A model generated the notes under the pieces. The model did no database searches and had not been told where the DNA came from. It worked only from the letters and a program-made list of their open reading frames with translations. Made by a program: the position numbers and the translations under genes. 32,000 bases of DNA from Erysipelotrichaceae bacterium MTC7 (GTDB taxonomy: Bacteria; Bacillota_I; Bacilli_A; Erysipelotrichales; Erysipelotrichaceae): positions 30,001-62,000 of the forward strand of contig LVZN01000045.1 of the NCBI GenBank assembly GCA_001695645.1, in the 5' to 3' direction. Every line of letters begins with the position of its first letter. The first letter of the stretch is position 1. Below, one piece after another: positions 1-8,978 of this stretch.

Positions 1-1114
1 TAATTCTTTCCTTATCTGCATAGACAAAAATTTCATGTCCATAGTTGAATTCGATAGTATACCCATCATTTGCAAGCATCTTATTGATGCGATTGACAAT
101 GTCTTGAATACTTGTCGTTACATCAAATTCTTTAATATGTAGTTCCTGTGTATTGTTTTGTAGTTTTGAAAGATCGAGAAGATTATTCACTAATTGCGTT
201 AACCGCTGTGCTTCATCAATAATTACCTGAATGTTTTCTTTGGTGTTTTCTCCAGGTAAATCACGCATAACTTCACCGTATCCTGTAATCATAGTAAGTG
301 GTGTACGCAAGTCATGAGACACGTTTGCCATCAACTCATTACGCATCGACTCCACTTTTTTTAGTTCCTGTACAGCATAGTTTAACGTTTCATTCAACTC
401 TTCAATTTCACTATACCCTTCTGCATCAAAGTGAATATCAAGATCGTTTTGTGCGAGTTGTTTTGCCTTTTCATTGGTTTGTTGAATCGGCTTGGCAATG
501 GTTTTTGCTGTTAAATATGCAATAATAACTGACATTCCCAGCACAATTCCAGTAATCAACAACAACTGTCGCTTACTTGTCTCCACCGTTTCTGCCGTTG
601 GTGACAATCGTGCATTGACCACCACCATGTAGGTATTTCCTTTTTTACTTTCAATCACGTTACTTACCATCATATTGGTAAACGTATCAATTCGCTGCCC
701 TGCTAGTTCAAGTTGCACATCCTTTACTTCCACAAGTTCATTTTTGTTTTCGATAACTTGATTATATAGGGTATTGATTTCCATTTTGGAAGTCAAAGCA
801 TATGCTCCACAAGTGGCATTTGCACTTTCATGTACGTCCACGGTTTGAAAATTTCCTACATCATCTAACTTTTCATAGACTTGTATACAGTAGTTTTCAT
901 TCACTGATAAATCTTGCACATACTGGCCAAATTCATCCACATCATCAATTCGTTTGACCATTCGTGAAGCGGAACGAGTAATTTGTTGACTGGTGAATCT
1001 TTGATAGAATTCTTCAAAGAAGACAATTTGCATCATCCAAAGCAATGCAATAATCGCAACTGCGAAAATGAGGATGAACGCCATTATTTGGTTTTGTAGC
1101 TTAATTCTCTTCAA
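1..1114 (-). CDS. Sensor histidine kinase, C-terminal part cut by the window edge (two TM helices flanking a ~150-aa extracytoplasmic domain, then a HisKA H-box)
   Basis: Minus-strand frame is open to the left edge, so it is absent from the ORF track. My translation: (TTG 1114) MKRIKLQNQI (ATG 1084) MAFILIFAVAIIALLWMMQIVFF..., second TM LLLITGIVLGMSVIIAYL, H-box NELMANVSHDLRTPLTMITGY, last residues ...EIFVYADKERI. TTG 1114 has AGGA 8 nt upstream and overlaps the RR stop. ATG 1084 has no SD. The start is therefore uncertain (1114 or 1084). Confidence 0.85.
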   Translation of the reverse strand, partial: MKRIKLQNQIMAFILIFAVAIIALLWMMQIVFFEEFYQRFTSQQITRSASRMVKRIDDVDEFGQYVQDLSVNENYCIQVYEKLDDVGNFQTVDVHESANATCGAYALTSKMEINTLYNQVIENKNELVEVKDVQLELAGQRIDTFTNMMVSNVIESKKGNTYMVVVNARLSPTAETVETSKRQLLLITGIVLGMSVIIAYLTAKTIAKPIQQTNEKAKQLAQNDLDIHFDAEGYSEIEELNETLNYAVQELKKVESMRNELMANVSHDLRTPLTMITGYGEVMRDLPGENTKENIQVIIDEAQRLTQLVNNLLDLSKLQNNTQELHIKEFDVTTSIQDIVNRINKMLANDGYTIEFNYGHEIFVYADKERI

Positions 1115-1772
1115 AACGATATCCTACGCCACGAATGGTCACGATATTATTACTGTATTGTCCTAGTTTTTTACGCAACAGTTTAATGTGTGTGTCTAAT
1201 GTGCGGTCATCACCAAAGAAATCGTAACCCCAGACTTTGGAAATGATTTGTTCGCGGGTTAAGGCGATATCCTTATTTTCCACTAGATACAACAACAAAT
1301 CGTATTCTTTTGGTGAAAGGTTTAATGCTTCTCCATCAATTTTTACCAAGTGAGAGGTATGATTGATCTCTAACGTTTTGAAGTTGTACATATCGACCAT
1401 TTGATTTTTTTCATATCGCTTAAGAATAGCAGCAATACGCATCATCAACTCTTTAGGCGAAAAAGGTTTCACTACATAGTCATCAACACCAATTTCAAAC
1501 CCATGAATCCGGTCATACTCTTCCCCTCTTGCACTTAGCATGAGAATTGGAACACTTGAAAACTTACGGATTTCTCGACACGCGCTAAATCCATCAAGCT
1601 CTGGCATCATGGCATCCATAATGATTAAATCGATACTTGGATTGAGTTTCACCATATCAATGGCTTGTAAACCATCCTCTGCTTCTAAGACCTCATAACC
1701 TTCAAACTTTGCATATTTTTTTACAATCTCTCTTATATTTGCTTCATCATCAACGATCAATAGTTTTTTCAT
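1101..1772 (-). CDS. OmpR/PhoB-family response regulator (receiver plus winged-helix domain)
   Basis: ORF-track frame 1101..1805. I place the start at ATG 1772 (MKKLLIVDDEANIREI...), preceded by AGGAGCG. The receiver Asp context is DLIIMDAMMPELDG. KPFSPKEL and a C-terminal winged-helix (TLDTHIKLLRKKL...VRGVGYRF) are present. Confidence 0.9.
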   Translation of the reverse strand: MKKLLIVDDEANIREIVKKYAKFEGYEVLEAEDGLQAIDMVKLNPSIDLIIMDAMMPELDGFSACREIRKFSSVPILMLSARGEEYDRIHGFEIGVDDYVVKPFSPKELMMRIAAILKRYEKNQMVDMYNFKTLEINHTSHLVKIDGEALNLSPKEYDLLLYLVENKDIALTREQIISKVWGYDFFGDDRTLDTHIKLLRKKLGQYSNNIVTIRGVGYRFEEN

Positions 1773-1797
1773 AGTTCGCACGCTCCTAAAGTTATTA

Positions 1798-1829
1798 TAA
1801 TACAAAAGTCCATAAAACCTATGGACTTT
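1798..1829 (-). terminator. Hairpin plus U-tract between phoU and the response regulator (terminator or attenuator)
   Basis: Minus strand reads AAAGTCCATA-GGTTT-TATGGACTTT followed by TGTATTATAAT. This is a perfect 10-bp stem. The trailing TATTATAAT could also serve as a -10 for the RR/HK pair. Confidence 0.55.
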
Positions 1830-1858
1830 CCTTGATATATGACTGAAGTTTAGGTGAA

Positions 1859-2509
1859 CTAATCCTCTTTATCGAAATCGTATTGGATTCCTTTACATAA
1901 ATAAACGATATGTTCACAAATATTTACGGCGTGGTCACTACTACGACCGATTGTCCGATATAAGGACGATAAGTTGAATGCATCTTCCAAATCGGCAACA
2001 TTGTTTTTGATAACAATCTTACGGAAGTCTTGGAGCAATGCTTCCAATTCTTTATCTTGCGTGGGAATCTCATACGCTTTTGTTACATCTTTAGTTTTAT
2101 AGGCCTCCATAATGTCTTCTAACATAATTACAAGTCGATGTTGAATAAAACTTGCCTCTTTTAAAATTTTCATCGTCGCCGGATTGTCTAGATTTTTTGA
2201 AACAAATTTGGCCATACTTTTCGCGTAGTCGCCAATACGTTCCAAATCGGATGCGATTTTAATGGCAACAATAACTCGACGTAAGTCTGTAGCAATAGGG
2301 CGTAACAAAACAATATCTGCAATTGCTTGTTCATTGATGTTTGTTTCATAGTTATTGATGATTTCATCGTTGTGGCGTACTTGTCGAGCTAGCGATCTAT
2401 CTGGTTGTTCAAATAAACGTTCACAGTTCTTATGTTGTTCAATGACTTGCTTTCCCATGTGTCGAACACTGGTTTCTAGTTTTTCTAATTTTCGATCTAG
2501 TTTTAACAT
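1859..2509 (-). CDS. phoU: Phosphate signalling complex protein PhoU
   Basis: 216 aa located directly after pstB. It has the two-repeat PhoU pattern (…ASDLERIGDYA… and …RTIGRSSDHAVNICEHI…). Confidence 0.9.
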   Translation of the reverse strand: MLKLDRKLEKLETSVRHMGKQVIEQHKNCERLFEQPDRSLARQVRHNDEIINNYETNINEQAIADIVLLRPIATDLRRVIVAIKIASDLERIGDYAKSMAKFVSKNLDNPATMKILKEASFIQHRLVIMLEDIMEAYKTKDVTKAYEIPTQDKELEALLQDFRKIVIKNNVADLEDAFNLSSLYRTIGRSSDHAVNICEHIVYLCKGIQYDFDKED

Positions 2510-2521
2510 AAACGCCTCCTC

Positions 2522-3280
2522 TTAGCCAAATCTTCCTGTAATATATTCTTCTGTTTTCTTGTTTTTTGGATTGGAGAAGATATTTAAAGTTGTATCAAAT
2601 TCAACAATCTCTCCCAACAAGAAGAACGCTGTATCATCACTCACCCTGGATGCTTGTTGCATCGAGTGCGTTACAATTAATATCGTATATTCTTTCTTAA
2701 GCACATCAATTAGTTCTTCAATTTTTTGTGTTGCAATCGGATCCAGGGCACTGGTTGGTTCATCCATCAAAATCACTTCTGGTTTCATTGCAATCGCTCT
2801 AGCAATACATAGCCGTTGTTGTTGACCACCTGACATGCCCATGGCATTTTTGTTTAAACGATCTTTTACATCGTCCCATAAAGCAGCAGCTTTCAAAGAA
2901 CTTTCCACAAGTTCATCAAGCACTTTTTTATCCTTAATTCCCTGACAACGTGGCCCATACGCAATGTTATCATAGATGCTCATCGGAAATGGATTCGGCT
3001 TTTGGAACACCATTCCAACCTTGGTTCTAAGTTCAATCGTGTTCACTTTATCAGAGAGAATATTTTTACCATCCATTCGTATTTCGCCATTGGTTTTTAC
3101 ACCATCAACGAGATCGTTCATCCGATTTAGGGTTCTTAAAAACGTTGACTTCCCACACCCAGAAGGACCAATAAGCGCAGTCACGCGGTTTGCTTTAATT
3201 TCGATGTTCAAGTTTTTTAACGCTTGAAAATCACCATAAAACAAATTTAGATTTTTAACATCAAATTTAATTTCTTCCAT
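2522..3280 (-). CDS. pstB: Phosphate ABC transporter ATP-binding protein PstB
   Basis: 252 aa. Walker [10 protein letters not shown], signature MSGGQQQRL, Walker [12 protein letters not shown], and the PstB-typical N-terminus and C-terminus (…[10 protein letters not shown]). Confidence 0.95.
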   Translation of the reverse strand: MEEIKFDVKNLNLFYGDFQALKNLNIEIKANRVTALIGPSGCGKSTFLRTLNRMNDLVDGVKTNGEIRMDGKNILSDKVNTIELRTKVGMVFQKPNPFPMSIYDNIAYGPRCQGIKDKKVLDELVESSLKAAALWDDVKDRLNKNAMGMSGGQQQRLCIARAIAMKPEVILMDEPTSALDPIATQKIEELIDVLKKEYTILIVTHSMQQASRVSDDTAFFLLGEIVEFDTTLNIFSNPKNKKTEEYITGRFG

Positions 3281-3281
3281 A

Positions 3282-4133
3282 TTATCCTACTTTCTTTTGT
3301 ATGCGCTTGGCAACTAGTTTTACAATGAGATTTAATACGACAATCACCATAATTAACACCGTTGCTGTTGCAAACGCTTGGGCTCTTTGTTCGTCACTAA
3401 CCCCTTCACTCGCCAAATAGTACAAGTGCGTCGTTAGTGTTCTCGATGAAGAGAAGATGCCTTGTGGCATATAGTATACCATTCCTGCGGTTAATAATAA
3501 TGGTGCACTTTCGGAAACAATACGACCAATAGCTAAGATAATCGCACTAATAATTCCATTTAAACTCGTTGGTAAGATGACCTTAAAAATCGTCTGTACT
3601 TTACTAGCACCTAATGCATAACTTGCTTCACGCATTTCATTGGGAATGGTTTTCAGGGTTTCTTCGATGGTTTTAATTAAGACCGGTAAAATCATGATGG
3701 ATAGTGTCAATGATCCAGACAAAATCGAATACCCGTTTGTGAATGGTTGTAAAATCGTCACAAACAAACTAAATCCAAACAATCCATAAACGATACTTGG
3801 CACACTTGCCAAACCATCAATCGCAAAGCGTACAACTTCCGTAATTTTACTTTCTTTCGCATACTCATTTAAGTAAAGTGCACTAAATATCGCCACCGGG
3901 GTTGCAATCAATAACGTTAATCCCACCGTATATAATGTCCCAACTAACATCGGTAAAATTCCACTATTTGGATCTGACGGTTTAAAACTATTGGTTAAAA
4001 AATTCCAACTTACATGACTAAGTCCTTTTTGAAGGACAAAGACGATGATGACAACAAGTGACAAAATACTTATCGCACTTGCAAGAAAAATAAAAGCATA
4101 TTGAATACCGTCCAATACTGTCCGTTTTTTCAT
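3282..4133 (-). CDS. pstA: Phosphate ABC transporter permease PstA
   Basis: ORF-track frame 3282..4187. I place the start at ATG 4133 ([14 protein letters not shown]…), preceded by GGGGGTGG and forming an ATGA overlap with the pstC stop. Multi-TM, with the EAA-loop-like [10 protein letters not shown]. Confidence 0.9.
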   Translation of the reverse strand: MKKRTVLDGIQYAFIFLASAISILSLVVIIVFVLQKGLSHVSWNFLTNSFKPSDPNSGILPMLVGTLYTVGLTLLIATPVAIFSALYLNEYAKESKITEVVRFAIDGLASVPSIVYGLFGFSLFVTILQPFTNGYSILSGSLTLSIMILPVLIKTIEETLKTIPNEMREASYALGASKVQTIFKVILPTSLNGIISAIILAIGRIVSESAPLLLTAGMVYYMPQGIFSSSRTLTTHLYYLASEGVSDEQRAQAFATATVLIMVIVVLNLIVKLVAKRIQKKVG

Positions 4134-5023
4134 GAGTGAGCCACCCCCCTTTTCTTCACACGAAGAATGACAATGTTGATGATACACACAAAGATAAACA
4201 AGACAACTCCTGTTGCAAACAAGGCAGCTTCATGAATACCACTCGCATAGGCTAGTTCCATAATAATATTCCCCGTCAAGGTTCTTCCACTGCTTAAATA
4301 GGCTTCACTAATTGGAAATAGTTGGGGCATCATATTGGCATTTCCGGCAACTAACATTACGGCCATCGTTTCCCCTAAAGCACGCCCCAATCCTAACAAA
4401 CACGATGTCAAGATTCCACTTTTTGCGTAAGGTATTTTTGTTTTTAAGATGGTTTGCATTTTTGTTGCGCCCAAAGCAAGAGAACCCTCATCAATGGTTT
4501 TTGGTACAGCTTTTAACGCACTAGTCGATAAAGAGACAACCGTTGGTAATATCATTAACGCTAAGATAATCGAAGCTGTAAACAACGTTGTTCCACTACG
4601 AATGTTAAATAGTTGTTGCACAAGTGGAACCATGACAGTTAACCCAAAAAATCCATAAATTACACTTGGAATCGATGCCAAGATTTCTACTGCAAACAAG
4701 ACAAGACTCGCAATCTTTTTCGGTGCAATTTCACTAATGAAAATCGCTGTATATAAACCAATTGGAATTCCAATGAGGCAGGCCAATATGGTTGTTAACA
4801 CACTTGCCACGATAAATGAGGCAATCCCAAACTGGTTGGTCGATGGTGACCACACATCCGATGTAATAAAATCAATCAGATTTACTTCCTGAAAGAGTGG
4901 AATTGCTTTTAGCAAGGTGAAAATTAGGATTGCTGCTAAAGCAACTACAGAAACAATCGTAAAAAAGAAGACAATCGTTTTAAAGATTGCATCGATTCGT
5001 AATTTTGTACGTATCCCGTTCAT
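4130..5023 (-). CDS. pstC: Phosphate ABC transporter permease PstC
   Basis: 297 aa, multi-TM, with the motif EGSLALGATKMQT. It lies between pstS and pstA. Confidence 0.9.
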   Translation of the reverse strand: MNGIRTKLRIDAIFKTIVFFFTIVSVVALAAILIFTLLKAIPLFQEVNLIDFITSDVWSPSTNQFGIASFIVASVLTTILACLIGIPIGLYTAIFISEIAPKKIASLVLFAVEILASIPSVIYGFFGLTVMVPLVQQLFNIRSGTTLFTASIILALMILPTVVSLSTSALKAVPKTIDEGSLALGATKMQTILKTKIPYAKSGILTSCLLGLGRALGETMAVMLVAGNANMMPQLFPISEAYLSSGRTLTGNIIMELAYASGIHEAALFATGVVLFIFVCIINIVILRVKKRGVAHS

Positions 5024-5026
5024 ATG

Positions 5027-5836
5027 CTACTTCCTTTCTACAGCTATATAGTTATGCTCTTCAATTAGCTTTTTTCCTTCTTTAGAAAATATGTAATCAA
5101 ACAATGCTTGATCATGGGTTTCACCCTTTTTTTCAACAAGTAGAAATGCCCGTTGAATTTGATAACTTCCATCTTTTACTGATGTTTCACTTGGTAAAAC
5201 ACCGTTTATTTTTAAAACCTTTACATTATCCGATAATGACCCTAGTGAAATGTAACCAATCCCGTGTTCATTCACGCTAACATCACTAATAATCGATCCG
5301 GTAGCATTTTGAATGTCAGAGTTTTTAATCAATTCACTTGATGTAAAACCAACAATACTTTCAAATCCATCACGTGTTCCACTTCCCTCTTCTCTAGAAA
5401 CGACCGCGATTTCTTTGTCCAATCCACCAACTTGATTCCAATTGGTGATCTTGCCAGTATAAATTTGTTGTAACTGTTCCATTGTGATGGAGTCGACAGG
5501 ATTATCTTTGTTAACGATGACGACAATCCCATCAAGTGCAATGACGGTTTCTTTTAATTGTTTCGCTTCATCTGCTTTTAATTCACGCGAAACCATTCCT
5601 ATTTGAAAAGTCCCATCTTCAGTTCCCTTAATTCCTACGCTTGACCCACCACCCTGGATACTAACTGTAGCATCCGCTTTTTCGTTAAAGGCCTCAGCGA
5701 TACTCTCCATCAATGGTTGGATGGATGTTGAACCACCAATAATCATTGTTGTTTTGCCATCTGTTGAAGTTCGTCCACCACAAGCACTCACTAGCAGCAA
5801 ACAAACAACCCAAACTGTTATTCGTAATTTTTTCAT
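5027..5836 (-). CDS. pstS: Phosphate-binding lipoprotein PstS
   Basis: Start moved to ATG 5836 (MKKLRITVWVVCLLLVSAC, lipobox VSAC) with GGAGG 5 nt upstream. The PBP-like body has GGGSS and SREEGSGTR motifs. Confidence 0.9.
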   Translation of the reverse strand: MKKLRITVWVVCLLLVSACGGRTSTDGKTTMIIGGSTSIQPLMESIAEAFNEKADATVSIQGGGSSVGIKGTEDGTFQIGMVSRELKADEAKQLKETVIALDGIVVIVNKDNPVDSITMEQLQQIYTGKITNWNQVGGLDKEIAVVSREEGSGTRDGFESIVGFTSSELIKNSDIQNATGSIISDVSVNEHGIGYISLGSLSDNVKVLKINGVLPSETSVKDGSYQIQRAFLLVEKKGETHDQALFDYIFSKEGKKLIEEHNYIAVERK

Positions 5837-5858
5837 CTTATCCTCCATTCATATAAAA

Positions 5859-5912
5859 ATTATAAAAAATTTGTATTTCCTAACAGTTTACAAACGGTTA
5901 AGAAACTGTTAA
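5859..5912 (-). promoter_or_regulatory. Candidate pstS promoter: -10 TATAAT with three phased 11-bp TTAAC-type repeats (Pho-box-like) in place of a -35
   Basis: Minus strand reads TTAACAGTTTC TTAACCGTTTG TAAACTGTTAG GAAATACAAATTTTT TATAAT (plus 5912 down to 5859). The unit spacing is exactly 11 bp. Confidence 0.5.
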
Positions 5913-5982
5913 AAATATAAATTTTTGGCAAATTTGTAAAATAATACAAACCATGTACAATATTAATAAAGGTGGTGATTTT

Positions 5983-7125
5983 ATGACAAACATCATGGAT
6001 TATCTAGCATGGCGTTCAGATCTTACATTTACCCAATCCCCATTTAATGAAATTGATGCTTTGATACTCGCTCGGCTTTCATACGTTCGTTTTGATGGCA
6101 TCGTGGATGAAGCTTTACAAAAGCAAACGCAATTACAAGAAGCTGCTAACACTTACTTTCTTCACCCCGAAGATGCAAGAACACTTACGCCAACCGAGTT
6201 GGAAGATCAACCCTTTCTTCAAAGTCTTGCAAAAAGTGCTCGTTTCCAAAGTTTAAAATTAAGTGGATATCGAAATCATTTAGATCCAGTGGCTGAGAAA
6301 CAGTTTTCTGTAATCACCATCGAAATACAACCAAACACTTATTATATATCGTATCGCGGGACAGACAACTCACTGATTGGTTGGAAAGAGGATTTCAACA
6401 TGACCTATTTGCATATCATTCCTGCACAAAGGGATGCGAAACAATACTTTGCGGAAGTCTGTCGCACATTTTCTGGTTCATACATCCTTGGTGGTCACTC
6501 AAAAGGTGGAAATTTGGCTATGTATGCAGCTTTGTTTTCAAAGCCATCACAACAAACCAAAATTTTGAACGTCTATAACTTTGATGGTCCTGGCTTTCAA
6601 AAAGAAACCGTCGCTGTCTATAAGAAAAATCCATTGTGTGAACGCATCCATACGTTTGTCCCTAAAAGTTCCATCATTGGAATGTTGATGTATCGTGACT
6701 TGCCTTATACAGTCGTTGATAGCAGTGAAAAAGGAATCAACCAACACGATGTATACAGTTGGCAAATCATGGGTAAACATTTTATAGAACTTCCAAATCT
6801 AACAGACGAAAGTATGTTTATCGATACCACCATCAAGACATGGATGAGGCAAATTGCACCAGCAGAGCGTAAAAAGTTTATTGATTCTATGTTTGAGTTA
6901 TTTGAAAATGCAGGTAGTACAACAGTTCATGGAATGGGAGAAGCAAAACTGAAATCGTTAAGTGGTATGCTTGATGCTTATTCACATATGGATAAACAAA
7001 CACGAAAGGATATGAGTTCTGTGATATCCATACTATTTGACGCATTAGGAAAAAACATCAAAACCATTAAGGCAAGTGACCTCATTCACCTGCCAACAAA
7101 AAATACCGATACTCGCTCGAAATAA
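5983..7125 (+). CDS. DUF2974 (Mbeg1-like) alpha/beta-hydrolase-fold protein, lipase-like
   Basis: Start at ATG 5983 (MTNIMDYLAWRSD…) after AAAGGTGGTGA. Motifs: YRGTDNSLIGWKEDFNM, nucleophile elbow GGHSKGGNLA, DGPGF. Paralog of 21988..23058. Confidence 0.75.
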   Translation: MTNIMDYLAWRSDLTFTQSPFNEIDALILARLSYVRFDGIVDEALQKQTQLQEAANTYFLHPEDARTLTPTELEDQPFLQSLAKSARFQSLKLSGYRNHLDPVAEKQFSVITIEIQPNTYYISYRGTDNSLIGWKEDFNMTYLHIIPAQRDAKQYFAEVCRTFSGSYILGGHSKGGNLAMYAALFSKPSQQTKILNVYNFDGPGFQKETVAVYKKNPLCERIHTFVPKSSIIGMLMYRDLPYTVVDSSEKGINQHDVYSWQIMGKHFIELPNLTDESMFIDTTIKTWMRQIAPAERKKFIDSMFELFENAGSTTVHGMGEAKLKSLSGMLDAYSHMDKQTRKDMSSVISILFDALGKNIKTIKASDLIHLPTKNTDTRSK

Positions 7126-7143
7126 CCGAATATCGGTATTTTT
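7099..7143. terminator. Bidirectional terminator between convergent genes
   Basis: AAAAATACCGATA (7099-7111) and TATCGGTATTTTT (7131-7143) are perfect 13-nt inverted arms. An inner hairpin ACCGA-ATA-TCGGT is followed by a T-run. A/T tracts flank both sides. Confidence 0.7.
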
Positions 7144-7672
7144 ATACTTTTACTTCCTTCATAAAGAAGCGAAAGAGAATTCCATGTGCTTGCACCATCA
7201 TCTCTTTGTATTCTTGATATGTCAATGGTGCTTGTTGATAGGTAAAGACATCGTAATTGTCCTCACCAATACTAACCAGAAACGGACATTTATGAAACCC
7301 GTTTTCTTCAAAGAATTTTTGTCTACGTTTACGCGTTTTTAAATTATCTTCATCAATCATTCGCGAACTCTCATTATCCGTAACGATGCGTTTTCCAGGA
7401 TTCATTCTCTTGAATTCTGCCAAGACCAAGCTTCCAACACCTTTACTTCTTGCAGCTTCTGTGATTGCAAAGTAATGGACAAAGGCAATATCTTTATAAT
7501 AAACAACGACTAAAAAACCATAATACTCTCCATTATCTTCTATGTAATAGATGGTGAATAGTTTTCGTCGTTTAAATAATTGCCAAGGAATCCGTTTTTT
7601 CCTGGGAAATATACTTTGATACAACACCCTTGATTGTTGCTCATACGTTTCATTCATTGGTAAAAGTCTCAT
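7142..7672 (-). CDS. GNAT-family N-acetyltransferase
   Basis: Start moved to ATG 7672 (MRLLPMNETYEQ…) with AAGGAG 6 nt upstream. Acetyl-CoA motif-A-like ARSKGVGSLVLAEF. An upstream candidate promoter reads TTGTGG-17-TATAAT. Confidence 0.7.
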   Translation of the reverse strand: MRLLPMNETYEQQSRVLYQSIFPRKKRIPWQLFKRRKLFTIYYIEDNGEYYGFLVVVYYKDIAFVHYFAITEAARSKGVGSLVLAEFKRMNPGKRIVTDNESSRMIDEDNLKTRKRRQKFFEENGFHKCPFLVSIGEDNYDVFTYQQAPLTYQEYKEMMVQAHGILFRFFMKEVKV

Positions 7673-7757
7673 CCAACACTCCTTTATATTATATAAAGAT
7701 TGTAACATAACCACAAGTTTGACTTCACGGCAAATGAAAGAGAAATTTTACGAAAAA

Positions 7758-8978
7758 TTAATTACGAATCCAAATTTGGAAGGTTGACCCTTTATGTATT
7801 TCACTTTTCACAACAAGTTGTGCTTGATGTGCATCCAACACAGATTTGACAATGGATAATCCCAAACCACTACCACCAGAACTTCTTGAACGATCGGTAT
7901 CGGTTCGATAAAAGCGCTCAAAGATACGATCTTGTTCTTCTTGTGATATACCACGACCCTCGTCTTTGACTTCAATGACGTAGGAGTCACCTTCATGGAA
8001 AGTTGAAAGACTGATGGTTCCTGTGTCACTGTAACTAATCGCATTACTGATTAAATTATTCATCACAATCTGTAATTGTGCAGGATCCACAAAGATGGGT
8101 TCATTGCTACGATAGTCCGTGTGAAATGCTAAACCCTTTTTATTTGCTTTATAGGATAGACTTGCAATACTTGCATCGATAATCTTGGTAGCATCACAAG
8201 CTTCTCGTTTCATTACAAGTTGATCGCTTGATAAACGTGACAGTTGTAGTAAATCCGAAACAATTCGCTCCAAACGATTATTTTCATTTTCAATTTGCTC
8301 AAGAAAATCTTTACGAATTTCCTCATCGTTAAATCCTTCGCGATTTAAAATTTCCACCATACCCTTAATCGCACTAATTGGTGTCTTCAACTCATGACTT
8401 GCATCATCAAGAAAGCGTTTTTGGAGAGCTTCTTGTTTTTTAATTTTTGTAATATCTTGAAATACGATGACACAACCACTGAATTGATTGTTTTTAAACA
8501 ATGGCTCACTGTATGCTTCATATTCTTTTTCATCGACCACAATGGTTTTACGAATTTCTCGTTCAAACAATGTAGCATCGAAAATAAAGCGATACACCGG
8601 TTTTACAAAATCATTATTCACATAGGTTAAACGTCGTTTTTCTTTCGAATCGCGGAACTCTGCAAAGCCATCATTGTACAATAAGACTTCGCCTTTATTA
8701 TCCAGCAAAATCAAAGGCATTGGTAAATTGGAAATGAGTGTCGCAAGTTGTTCCTGGCGAATATCGGCTTGAAATGTAACATTTTGGATTTGATTATGTA
8801 GTCGCATATTCTCTGCTTTCCCGAGTGCAGTACGTTCTTTCTCTTCTTGAATGGCAAAGTAGATTGCAACGATACCCATCATGATAATGACAATAAAACT
8901 TGGCAGTTTGAACATATAGATGCAAACAAGACCAAAGAAACTCAACAAGATGATGTTTCGATATTGTTCCTTTATCAT
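7758..8978 (-). CDS. Sensor histidine kinase (TM hairpin with no extracytoplasmic loop, PAS-like region, HisKA, HATPase_c); PhoR-like H-box
   Basis: 406 aa. TM pair NIILLSFFGLVCIYMF-KLP-SFIVIIMMGIVAIYFAI. H-box FLDDASHELKTPISAIKG. N-box VMNNLISNAISYS. G-boxes VKDEGRGIS and GGSGLGLSIV. ATGA overlap with the RR stop. Confidence 0.9.
   Translation of the reverse strand: MIKEQYRNIILLSFFGLVCIYMFKLPSFIVIIMMGIVAIYFAIQEEKERTALGKAENMRLHNQIQNVTFQADIRQEQLATLISNLPMPLILLDNKGEVLLYNDGFAEFRDSKEKRRLTYVNNDFVKPVYRFIFDATLFEREIRKTIVVDEKEYEAYSEPLFKNNQFSGCVIVFQDITKIKKQEALQKRFLDDASHELKTPISAIKGMVEILNREGFNDEEIRKDFLEQIENENNRLERIVSDLLQLSRLSSDQLVMKREACDATKIIDASIASLSYKANKKGLAFHTDYRSNEPIFVDPAQLQIVMNNLISNAISYSDTGTISLSTFHEGDSYVIEVKDEGRGISQEEQDRIFERFYRTDTDRSRSSGGSGLGLSIVKSVLDAHQAQLVVKSEIHKGSTFQIWIRN

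Noticed and set aside
298-525. 75-aa plus-strand ORF from the track
   Set aside because: It lies fully antisense inside the histidine-kinase frame, which is open from 1114 to the window edge. It has no SD and a low-complexity composition. It is a shadow ORF.
2559-3227. Two plus-strand ORFs (2559-2825 and 2976-3227)
   Set aside because: Both are antisense to pstB, whose Walker and signature motifs are unambiguous. Neither has an RBS or a recognisable motif.
4134-4187. His/Cys-rich extension MYHQHCHSSCEEKGGGSL at the front of pstA (possible metal-binding tail)
   Set aside because: It is an out-of-frame reading of the pstC 3' end. ATG 4133 has a strong SD and the classic ATGA coupling to pstC.
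5881-5911. Perfect 9-bp inverted repeat TAACAGTTT-N13-AAACTGTTA read as a terminator
   Set aside because: It sits between divergently transcribed genes with no gene ending there, and it has no flanking U-tract. It is better explained as three phased 11-bp direct repeats (see the Pho-box finding).
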